Source: an uncultured bacterium (GTDB taxonomy: Bacteria > Krumholzibacteriota > Krumholzibacteriia > LZORAL124-64-63). From it: 64,000 nt of DNA. A program made the translations under genes and the position numbers. The stretch lies in contig CAVSGO010000007.1 in the NCBI GenBank assembly GCA_963727525.1, forward strand, positions 1,280,001-1,344,000, given 5' to 3'. The notes beneath the pieces are model-generated. The model saw only the letters and a list, made by a program, of their open reading frames with translations. It was not told the origin of the DNA and searched no databases. This document shows positions 56,717 through 64,000 of this stretch, one piece after another. Numbering within the stretch: the stretch's first letter is position 1; each line of letters begins with the position of its first letter.

Positions 56717-57525
56717 GCCCTGTCTCCTTCGTCCGTTGGACGGTACAGAGGATCCTCCAGCACAGGAGGATAGCTCACTTCCTCGAGAAACAGCCCGTGT
56801 GCCGGCGCCCGCATGCCGGCCGCACGGCGATCGCGCGCCGCAAGCACCGCCGGGAGCGAGGCGGCGTCGCGTCGCCGGGCGCCCACTTCGAGCAGCACGC
56901 CGACGAGGTTGCGCACCATGTTGTGCAGAAATCGGTCGGCGCGCACGTGGAAGATACCCCAGGTGTCGCTCCATTCAAAGCCGCAGCGGTCCACGCGGCA
57001 CACGTTGTCGTCGCGCAGCGAGGTTGCACGGCAGAAGCTCGCAAAATCGTGGGTGCCGACGAGGTGCGCGCAGGCGGCGTCCATGGCCGCGGTCTCCAGA
57101 TGCCACGGCACCTGAAATGCGTGCGGTATGAACAGGTTCCGCTCGAGCTGCAGATGGTACGCGTAGCGCCTCGCGGTGGCCGAGCGTCGCGCGTCGAAAT
57201 AGGGCGACACCTCGCGCGCGCCGCAAACCTGGATGTCGTCGGGCACCATGCGTGGCAGGGCGCGGACCACGCGCACCACCTCGTCGAGGTCGTCCAGCGA
57301 CACATGCGCCACCTGCCCGCGGGCGTGCACGCCGGTATCGGTGCGACCCGCCCCCACCGGCACGCAACGGCGGCCCAGAAGGCGCTCGAGACAGCCGGCC
57401 AGTTCGCCCTGGACGGTGCGCAAACCCGGCTGGATCTGCCAGCCATGGAACCCGGCTCCGACGTAGGCCACATCGAGCCGCACGCGCGGCCCCCGCCCGG
57501 GCATCCCCATGGCGTCAACCGTCAT
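56713..57525 (-). CDS. truA: tRNA pseudouridine(38-40) synthase
   Basis: [43 protein letters not shown]. Confidence 0.95.
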   Translation of the reverse strand: MTVDAMGMPGRGPRVRLDVAYVGAGFHGWQIQPGLRTVQGELAGCLERLLGRRCVPVGAGRTDTGVHARGQVAHVSLDDLDEVVRVVRALPRMVPDDIQVCGAREVSPYFDARRSATARRYAYHLQLERNLFIPHAFQVPWHLETAAMDAACAHLVGTHDFASFCRATSLRDDNVCRVDRCGFEWSDTWGIFHVRADRFLHNMVRNLVGVLLEVGARRRDAASLPAVLAARDRRAAGMRAPAHGLFLEEVSYPPVLEDPLYRPTDEGDRA

Positions 57526-58253
57526 CGCGCTACCACCACGAGAGCCGCGAGCCAGACCACGAGACCCGCCCCCTGCCACCACGGCAGCGGGGTCGCGCGG
57601 ACAGGCCGGACGACGCGCCCGTGCAGAGCCAGGGGCAGCGTCTCGGCGCGCCGCAGCAGGCTCTCCAGCGCCGGTACGGCCGCGGCCATCGCGTCGCGCC
57701 ATGCGGGTCCGCGGGCGCCACCCCGGCGCAGGCGCAGCGCGGCACGCACGCGGCGGCCGTCGTCAAGCACCCGCCCCGCCGTGCCGAGCGCCACCGCGAG
57801 CACGAGAGCGACGTGGGACACGTCGCAACGCAGGGGGCGCAGCCACCAGGCCAGCGCACTTGCGAGTTCGGGCAGCGGCACGAGGCGGCGCACGAGCGCC
57901 ACGGCCACCGCCATGCCGGCAAGCCGCGTCAGCGTGACGACACCGCGCAGAAAGCCCGTCCACGACGGATGGCCGAGTGGCGCCGCGTCGAGCGTGGTCA
58001 GGATGTGCACGAGGAGCACGAGCGCGATCAGCCAGAGCCAGGGCCGCAGCGCCGTACCCAGATGGCGCCAGAGGTAGCCGGCGCGCGCCAGCGCGATGCC
58101 CTCGACGACGAGCACGATCGGGAGCCCCCGCGCCGGTGCCACAAGGACGGTGGCCACGAGGAGGATACCGGCCGCCAGCCGCGCCGCCGGATGGACTCCC
58201 GCGAATGGCAGCGACGCCACGGGACGGTAGGCCGTGGCCGCGAGCGGCCTCAT
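57522..58253 (-). CDS. energy-coupling factor transmembrane component T (CbiQ/EcfT-like)
   Basis: Several TMs, HP..RL, two Arg motifs (RLRRG, ALHGR), RRAE.L..AL; 4-nt overlaps with both neighbours. Confidence 0.65.
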   Translation of the reverse strand: MRPLAATAYRPVASLPFAGVHPAARLAAGILLVATVLVAPARGLPIVLVVEGIALARAGYLWRHLGTALRPWLWLIALVLLVHILTTLDAAPLGHPSWTGFLRGVVTLTRLAGMAVAVALVRRLVPLPELASALAWWLRPLRCDVSHVALVLAVALGTAGRVLDDGRRVRAALRLRRGGARGPAWRDAMAAAVPALESLLRRAETLPLALHGRVVRPVRATPLPWWQGAGLVVWLAALVVVAR

Positions 58254-59278
58254 GGCGACGCGCGCCCTGCCAGGGTCGCCGCGATCTGCGCCGCGATCTG
58301 CACCGCGTTCCAGGCCGCTCCCCTGAGCAGGTTGTCCGCCACGATCCACATGAGCACGACGTCGGGTCGTCCCGCCTCGTGCCGCAGGCGCCCCACATGC
58401 ACGTCGGTCCGCCCGGAGATCTCCGCCGGCGTGAGGTACGCGTCCGGCGTGGGGCCAACGGCGACGCCGGGCCATGCGCCGAGCGCCGCGTGCGCCTCCG
58501 CCAGCGGCACAGGGCGTGCGAACACGGCGCGCACGGCCGCCGCGTGACCGTTCCACACCGGCACCCGCGTGGCCGTGCAGGTGACGGCGATGTCCGGGAG
58601 CGCGAGGATCTTGCGCAGCTCGTCCCCCACCTTGCGCTCCTCGAGCGTGACGCCGTCGTCCCCGATGCTGCCGATCACCGGCACGGCATTGGCCGCCACC
58701 CGGCGCGGGAACACGGAACCCCGTTCGGCTCCCGTTCGTTCGCCGGCGGCGAGATCGGCCGCCTGCTTCAGGAGCTCGTCACGGCCGTTCTGGCCCGCCC
58801 CTGAAACCGCCTGCAGGGTGGTGACGTGGGCCTCGCGCAGGCCGTAGGCGCGGGCGAGCGGCGCGAGGGCCAGCGCGATCTGGATCGTCGAGCAGTTGGG
58901 ATTGGCGATGATGCCACCGCCGGCGCGGCCGGATGGCACACGGTCACCATTGATCTCGGGCACCACCAAGGGAACCTGCGCGTCCAGACGCCAGGCCGAG
59001 GAGTTGTCCACGACCCAGGCACCCGCCGCGGCGGCCAGCGGCGCCCACGTGCGGCCAGGGCCGGCCCCGGCAGAGAAGAGCGCGAGGTCGACACCCGCGA
59101 AACTCCCAGCGCCCACGGCAGTGCACACCAGAGCCTCGCCCCGGAACGTCAGCGTGGTCCCGGCCGAGCGCGGCGACGTCAGCAGGCGCGGGGACGCGGT
59201 GACCCACGGGGCATCGGCCAGGAGCGCGAGCATGGTGCGGCCCACGAGGCCGCTGGCGCCGAGGATCGCGGTGCGCAC
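58250..59278 (-). CDS. asd: aspartate-semialdehyde dehydrogenase
   Basis: GASGLVG, VDNSSAWR, VPLVVPEIN, IANPNCST, QAVSGAG, RVPV..GH, DNL.RGAA.NAVQ; AAGGAG RBS. Confidence 0.95.
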   Translation of the reverse strand: MRTAILGASGLVGRTMLALLADAPWVTASPRLLTSPRSAGTTLTFRGEALVCTAVGAGSFAGVDLALFSAGAGPGRTWAPLAAAAGAWVVDNSSAWRLDAQVPLVVPEINGDRVPSGRAGGGIIANPNCSTIQIALALAPLARAYGLREAHVTTLQAVSGAGQNGRDELLKQAADLAAGERTGAERGSVFPRRVAANAVPVIGSIGDDGVTLEERKVGDELRKILALPDIAVTCTATRVPVWNGHAAAVRAVFARPVPLAEAHAALGAWPGVAVGPTPDAYLTPAEISGRTDVHVGRLRHEAGRPDVVLMWIVADNLLRGAAWNAVQIAAQIAATLAGRASP

Positions 59279-59311
59279 TAAGGGTCTCCTTGGCGGTGAA
59301 GGCTTATGGCG

Positions 59312-59340
59312 AAGGTAGCAGCACTGGACTTGCCGGTCAA
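59312..59340 (-). promoter_or_regulatory. sigma70 promoter of asd operon
   Basis: TTGACC-N17-TACCTT with TG extension. Confidence 0.7.
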
Positions 59341-59430
59341 AGGCGGCGGGGTCCCCGGCGGAGGTCCGCGATTGTCCCCGGCCGGGCCGGGGTGGTAAGG
59401 TCGCGGCGACGCCAACCCGGAGGTCTGCGC

Positions 59431-61833
59431 TTGGCATCGCAACTTCGCCATCTGGCACCCAACGCCCTGACCGTGCTCCGGATCCCGACGCGCGGGATCG
59501 TGATGATCGCGATCGTGATGATCGCGATGGTGACCGCGTGCTCGCCGCCCGCGGAGCGCACGGAGGCTCGCCGCGCCCTCGCGCGCTGGGAAGACCGTCG
59601 GCTGGCGCCCCAGGATTCGCTCTCCAGGTTCCTCACCTCGCCCGACGCCCACGTGCGGGTGGCGGCGCTGCGCACCGCCGGCCTCATCGGCCGCAGCAGC
59701 GCCCTGCCGGCCATGCTCGCCGCGCTCCGGGACCGCAGCCAGGCCGTGCGCTGCGAGGCCGCGTTCAGCCTGGGCGTGCTGGGCGATCCGGCGGCGGTCA
59801 CGGCGCTCGGCGAGCGCGTCGCCGACGACCGCCGCGCTGTGCGCATCGCGGCGATGCAGGGACTCGCCTTGCTGCCCGGCGAAGGCGTCGCACTCCCGTC
59901 ACCACTGTTCGGACCGGCCGGCGGTGGCACCTCTCGCGAGGCCCTCGCCGCCTGGGATGCGCTGATCCACGTGGCCGCGACTTGCGACCGCGACAGTCTC
60001 GCACCTGTCATCGCCGCCGGACTGCGACGCGAGGAGCATGCGATCCGCTGGCGCGCGCTGCGCTGCGTGGAGCGGGCGCCGGATTCGTCGCTCGTGGACG
60101 TGATCGTGCCGCTGGCGCACGACGGCGATTTGCTCGTACGCACCCACGCATTGCGGGCGCTCGGACACATCGGCGGCGACGCCGCCCTCGCCGCCGTCGT
60201 GGGCAGCGGCGAGCAACTCTCCCGCTTGCGCAGCTACGATCGCGTGCGTTGCCAGGTGGCGGTGATGCGGGCGCTGGGCGACCTCGCGGGACCGGCGCTG
60301 GCCGCCGACACGACCGGCGCCCCGACCAGCCTGTCCGGGCGCGCGGCGGCCCTCCTGACCGCCGCGGCCGGCGCCGCCGAGCCGTTTGCCAGCGAGGAAG
60401 CGCTGCGGGCGATGGCGCGGGTCGTGGCCACCGCACCGCTGCCGCCCGAGGCCGCCACGCAGGAGAGTCTGCTGCCGGTGTGGCGCATCCGCATGGCGCG
60501 CACGGCGCGCGAGAAGCTAGAATCTGGCACGTCCCCGGCCGTCCGGTCGGCGGCCGTGGAGGCTTATGCCGCATTGCGGGGCCGTGGCTGGGATCGCGAT
60601 GGGTTGCGCGAAGCGCTCGCCGACGCGTCGGACCTGGTCCAGGCCGCCTGGCTGCGGGCGCTGGCGCATACCGGCAGCGCCGCGGCGCCGGCCTCGCCGC
60701 TCGTGGGCGCGGTGGCGGCACTCACCGACCGCGGGACGGAGCCTCCGTCACCGGTCGTGCGCGTGGCCGCCGCGGAGGCCCTGGCCGCCTGCTACCGCGA
60801 TCGCAAGGCCACCTTCCCCGACCAGCCGGATCTGCAGGCCCATGCCGCCATCGCCGCGCTGGGCAGCCTCGCGACGGCGGCGCGCGAGGATCCCGACTTC
60901 ACCGTCCGCGCCACCTGTGCGGGCTTGCTGGGCGAGTTCCCGCTGGGCTGGACCCTCGACGAGCTGCGCCGCGCCTACCCGGGCGACGGTCTTGCGGCCG
61001 CCGAGGTGAGCGACCTGCGGCTGGCCTGTCTCGACGCCATCGGTGCGATCGCCGTGGCCCGTCGTGATACCCCTACCGCGCCCGCGGCCCTGGCCGCGCC
61101 CACCGGCGGCTTGCGCTGCGCACCCGCCTGGCTCACGCACGAACGCCTGCCGTCAGGCACGAACGAGGCCACGAGGGATTCGTTGCGCGCCTGGAACCTC
61201 GACGTCGCACCCCATGCCGGGGCCATGGCTACGCTGCTGCGCGGCGCCTTCGACGACGACGACCTGAGGGTGCGCCTGCGCGCTCGCCAGGTGGCCGGGA
61301 AAGCGGCGTTGCTGCCCGCCGCCCTCATCCCCACCGAGGCGAGCCTGCGCGCCACCCTGCCGGCGTTCCTACGCGCGCCCGCGCAGCCGCCGGTGGCGTT
61401 GCCACATCATGCTCCGCGCGTGCGCTGTGTGACGGATCGCGGCACCTTCACCATCCAGCTCGACGGCGAGCGCGCGCCCAACACCTGCGCCACGTTCCTG
61501 CACCTCGTCCGGGACGGGTTCTATGACGGGCAGGTCTTCCACCGCGTGGTGCCCGACTTCGTGATCCAGGGCGGCGACCCGCGCGGCGACGGCTGGGGCG
61601 GACCCGGCTACACGCTGCGCAGCGAGTGGTCGCGCGCCACGTTTGCGCGCGGCGCCGTGGGTCTCGCCCACAGTGGCAAGGACACGGGAGGGAGCCAGTT
61701 CTTCGTCTGCCACTCCCCGCAGCCGCACCTGGACGGGCTCTACACGCTCTTCGGGGAGGTCGTGGACGGCATGGCCGTGGTCGACGCCATCCAGGTGGGC
61801 GACCACTTCCGCTGCGAAGTCGTGACTGACTAG
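59431..61833 (+). CDS. HEAT-repeat lipoprotein with C-terminal cyclophilin PPIase
   Basis: VTAC lipobox; HEAT repeats (VR..AA..LG); FHRVVPDFVIQGGDP.G.GWGGPGY, GKDTGGSQFF, PHLDG.YT.FG; start uncertain (TTG 59431 or ATG 59503). Confidence 0.88.
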   Translation: MASQLRHLAPNALTVLRIPTRGIVMIAIVMIAMVTACSPPAERTEARRALARWEDRRLAPQDSLSRFLTSPDAHVRVAALRTAGLIGRSSALPAMLAALRDRSQAVRCEAAFSLGVLGDPAAVTALGERVADDRRAVRIAAMQGLALLPGEGVALPSPLFGPAGGGTSREALAAWDALIHVAATCDRDSLAPVIAAGLRREEHAIRWRALRCVERAPDSSLVDVIVPLAHDGDLLVRTHALRALGHIGGDAALAAVVGSGEQLSRLRSYDRVRCQVAVMRALGDLAGPALAADTTGAPTSLSGRAAALLTAAAGAAEPFASEEALRAMARVVATAPLPPEAATQESLLPVWRIRMARTAREKLESGTSPAVRSAAVEAYAALRGRGWDRDGLREALADASDLVQAAWLRALAHTGSAAAPASPLVGAVAALTDRGTEPPSPVVRVAAAEALAACYRDRKATFPDQPDLQAHAAIAALGSLATAAREDPDFTVRATCAGLLGEFPLGWTLDELRRAYPGDGLAAAEVSDLRLACLDAIGAIAVARRDTPTAPAALAAPTGGLRCAPAWLTHERLPSGTNEATRDSLRAWNLDVAPHAGAMATLLRGAFDDDDLRVRLRARQVAGKAALLPAALIPTEASLRATLPAFLRAPAQPPVALPHHAPRVRCVTDRGTFTIQLDGERAPNTCATFLHLVRDGFYDGQVFHRVVPDFVIQGGDPRGDGWGGPGYTLRSEWSRATFARGAVGLAHSGKDTGGSQFFVCHSPQPHLDGLYTLFGEVVDGMAVVDAIQVGDHFRCEVVTD
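59496..59533 (+). repeat. 15-bp tandem repeat x2.5 (GATCGTGATGATCGC)
   Basis: Copies at 59496 and 59511, partial at 59526; encodes (IVMIA)2 in the signal peptide. Confidence 0.75.
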
Positions 61834-63083
61834 CTGCGCAGCGCCCGCACCAGCGAGCCCCAGGTGGGCGACGCGCCGTAGAGCAGGATACCGACGCGGA
61901 ACAGCTTGCCCGCCATGCGGCTGGCGATGACGATCGACACCAGCAGCAGCGCCCATGACAGCGCGATCTGCCACATGGGCGGCGTCTGGATCGCCACGCG
62001 CATGAACATGAGGACCGGTGCGAAGAGCGGTACGAGGCTGAGCACCACGGAGGCCAGCGCGTCGGGCTGACGCATCACGAAGCTGAGCATCACCATGGGG
62101 ATGATGTTGCCCATCATGAGCACCGAGTTGAATTGCTGCGCGTCCTGCACCGAATTGCACATGGCCCCCACGCCGGCGAAAAGCATGGCGTAGAGGAAGA
62201 ATCCGAGCACGAAGAACACGACGAACGACACCAGTATGATGGGCGTCAAGGCGCTGACGTCGAGCTGGAAATCGCCGAAAGACACGCCCTGTACCGACAG
62301 GATGATGAAGGTGAGCACCCACACGCCGAACTGCGTCATACCCGCCAGCCCCAGTCCCAGCACCTTGCCGAGCATGAGCTGCCCCGGCTGCAGGCTCGAG
62401 AGCAGGATCTCCGCCATGCGGCTGCCCTTCTCCTCGATCACGGCCAGCAGCGCCTGATTGCCGTACAGCAGCATCATCATGTAGAGGATGAAGATCAGGA
62501 CGAAGGCCACGGCGAACGACACCGCCTCGTTCTGCTCCGTCTCCGCCCCGGCCTTCACGGAGATGCTGGTCCAGTCGCTGCCCGCCAGCACGTAGTCGTG
62601 TAGCGACGACGGCACCCCGGCCTCGTCGAACCTGGTCTCGCGCAGTACGCGGTCAAGAGCCGGCTCGAGCGCCTCCTCCCTGACGACCGAGGCGCTGACC
62701 GACGTGTTGTAATAGGTCACCTTGCGCGAGTCGATGAAATCGGCGGGCACGACGATGCCGGCGAAGAGAGAGTCGTCGAGGATCATCTGCTTGAGCGTCG
62801 CGGCGCACCCTTCGGGCGGCTGGTCCCCGCAGGGAATGGGCACGAGCTTGATGTGGCTGTCGCCGCGCGCGTCGAGATCGTGCTGGAGCTTCTCGTACAC
62901 CTGACCCGAGAGGTCGACGACGCCGACCTGCCGCTCCTTCTCACCCCCGGCTCCGGCGAGCAGCGCCGGCCCGAGGATGAACAGCGCCATCACCGCCGGT
63001 CCCAGCACCGTCCCGATGACGAAGCTGCGGCTGCGCACGCGCTCGAGGTATTCCTTGCGAACCACCGTCAGGATCTTGTTCAT
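61830..63083 (-). CDS. ABC-2 type transporter permease (NatB/YhaP-like)
   Basis: VRKEY..RVRS.SF, IEEK.SR..EILLSS, LM.GK..G, P.LM.MR. Confidence 0.9.
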   Translation of the reverse strand: MNKILTVVRKEYLERVRSRSFVIGTVLGPAVMALFILGPALLAGAGGEKERQVGVVDLSGQVYEKLQHDLDARGDSHIKLVPIPCGDQPPEGCAATLKQMILDDSLFAGIVVPADFIDSRKVTYYNTSVSASVVREEALEPALDRVLRETRFDEAGVPSSLHDYVLAGSDWTSISVKAGAETEQNEAVSFAVAFVLIFILYMMMLLYGNQALLAVIEEKGSRMAEILLSSLQPGQLMLGKVLGLGLAGMTQFGVWVLTFIILSVQGVSFGDFQLDVSALTPIILVSFVVFFVLGFFLYAMLFAGVGAMCNSVQDAQQFNSVLMMGNIIPMVMLSFVMRQPDALASVVLSLVPLFAPVLMFMRVAIQTPPMWQIALSWALLLVSIVIASRMAGKLFRVGILLYGASPTWGSLVRALRS

Positions 63084-64000
63084 GCCGCGCCTCCCGCGCC
63101 GACGACGGCCTCGCGCTGGCGGCGCACGGCGGTCAGGAAGATCTCGCCCAGGGACGGGCGGTTGGCCGCGAACAGGCTGAGCGACCCGTCAGCGTTCAAC
63201 GTCTGCAGGAGCGCCTGCGCATCGCGTCCAGCGGCCAGCGTGAGGCGCCAGGAACCCTCGTCGTAGAGCCGGTCGGTGACGCCCGGCAAGTCGGCCGGCG
63301 GCTCGTGGCCGTCGACGTACGCGACGCGCACCATCTGGAAGGGGAACTCGGCGCGCACCTGAGCGAGCGGACCGTCGAGGATCTTGCGGCCGCTGTCGAT
63401 GAGACAGATGGCGTCGCAGATCTTCTCCGCCTCGGCCAGCATGTGCGTGGAGAACAGGATCGTTGTGCCTCGCTCGCGCTGCCCGAGGATCATCGTGCGC
63501 ATCAGCTCGATGTTCAGGGGGTCCAGCCCGCTGAAGACCTCGTCGAGCACCACGAGTTCGGGCTCGAAGATGAACGTGGCCGCGAACTGGATCTTCTGCT
63601 GCATGCCCTTGGACAGGTTGTCCACCTTGCGCTGGGCGTAGTCGCCCAGACCGAGACGTTCGAGCCACTCGCCGGAGCGCCGCTTCGCCTCGCGGCGCGG
63701 CACGCCCTTCAGCTCGGCGAAGTAGGCGAGCTGGTCCAGGCACTTCATCTTGCGATAGAGGCCGCGCTCCTCGGGCAGGTACCCGATGCGGTCGCGCACC
63801 TTGCCGCGCAAGGGCTCGCCTCCGAGGGTGATCGTGCCGGAATCCGGCAGGAGGATGCCCATGATGCAGCGGATGGTGGTGGTCTTGCCGGCACCGTTGG
63901 GCCCGAGGAAGCCGTAGATGCTACCGCGCGGGATCGCCAGGCTGACGTCGTCGACGGCGACCTGCTCGCCGTAGCGCTTCGTCAGGTGCTCGACGCGCAG
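63080..64000 (-). CDS. ABC transporter ATP-binding protein (5' end outside window)
   Basis: GPNGAGKTT, GYLPEERGLY, LSKGMQQK, LDE.FSGLD, STH. Confidence 0.93.
   Translation of the reverse strand: MRVEHLTKRYGEQVAVDDVSLAIPRGSIYGFLGPNGAGKTTTIRCIMGILLPDSGTITLGGEPLRGKVRDRIGYLPEERGLYRKMKCLDQLAYFAELKGVPRREAKRRSGEWLERLGLGDYAQRKVDNLSKGMQQKIQFAATFIFEPELVVLDEVFSGLDPLNIELMRTMILGQRERGTTILFSTHMLAEAEKICDAICLIDSGRKILDGPLAQVRAEFPFQMVRVAYVDGHEPPADLPGVTDRLYDEGSWRLTLAAGRDAQALLQTLNADGSLSLFAANRPSLGEIFLTAVRRQREAVVGAGGAA

Overview
GC-rich (~70%) bacterial chromosomal window made mostly of core genes. LVIVD/FlgD-Ig proteins, FadL-SGNH pairs and HEAT-cyclophilin suggest an FCB-related lineage such as Ca. Krumholzibacteriota or Latescibacterota (inference only). 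In order along the window: thpR-cinA-pgpA; mglA-mglB-recR-ybaB-dnaX-SRP RNA; a tRNA cluster (all four Ser isoacceptors, Ala, Arg) with tadA and an S55 peptidase/beta-propeller pair; a TonB-ExbBD-lipoprotein-barrel-TPR-mnmA-AsmA run; murB; comM; an M20 peptidase; tRNA-Glu; Fur/ferritin-like genes; bacilliredoxin; biotin ligase; FadL plus an SGNH-fold protein; rhomboid; rng; radical SAM; purF and a PurL-PurQ fusion; c-type cytochromes; purB, hldD, htrA, tal, truA, ecfT, asd; and an ABC transporter. No integrase, transposase or CRISPR array was seen. Highlights: (1) a 56-aa histone-fold gene with a strong SD (25627-25797), too short for the ORF track, upstream of comM; (2) two ~86-nt hairpins with different perfect 31-32 bp arms that share an inverted 23-nt loop (2508-2775); (3) an apparently two-part FGAM synthase (PurL-PurQ fusion plus a tandem PurS-like protein); (4) a FadL-linked SGNH-fold lipoprotein lacking its catalytic Ser and Asn; (5) a 7-codon uORF coupled to rarD.
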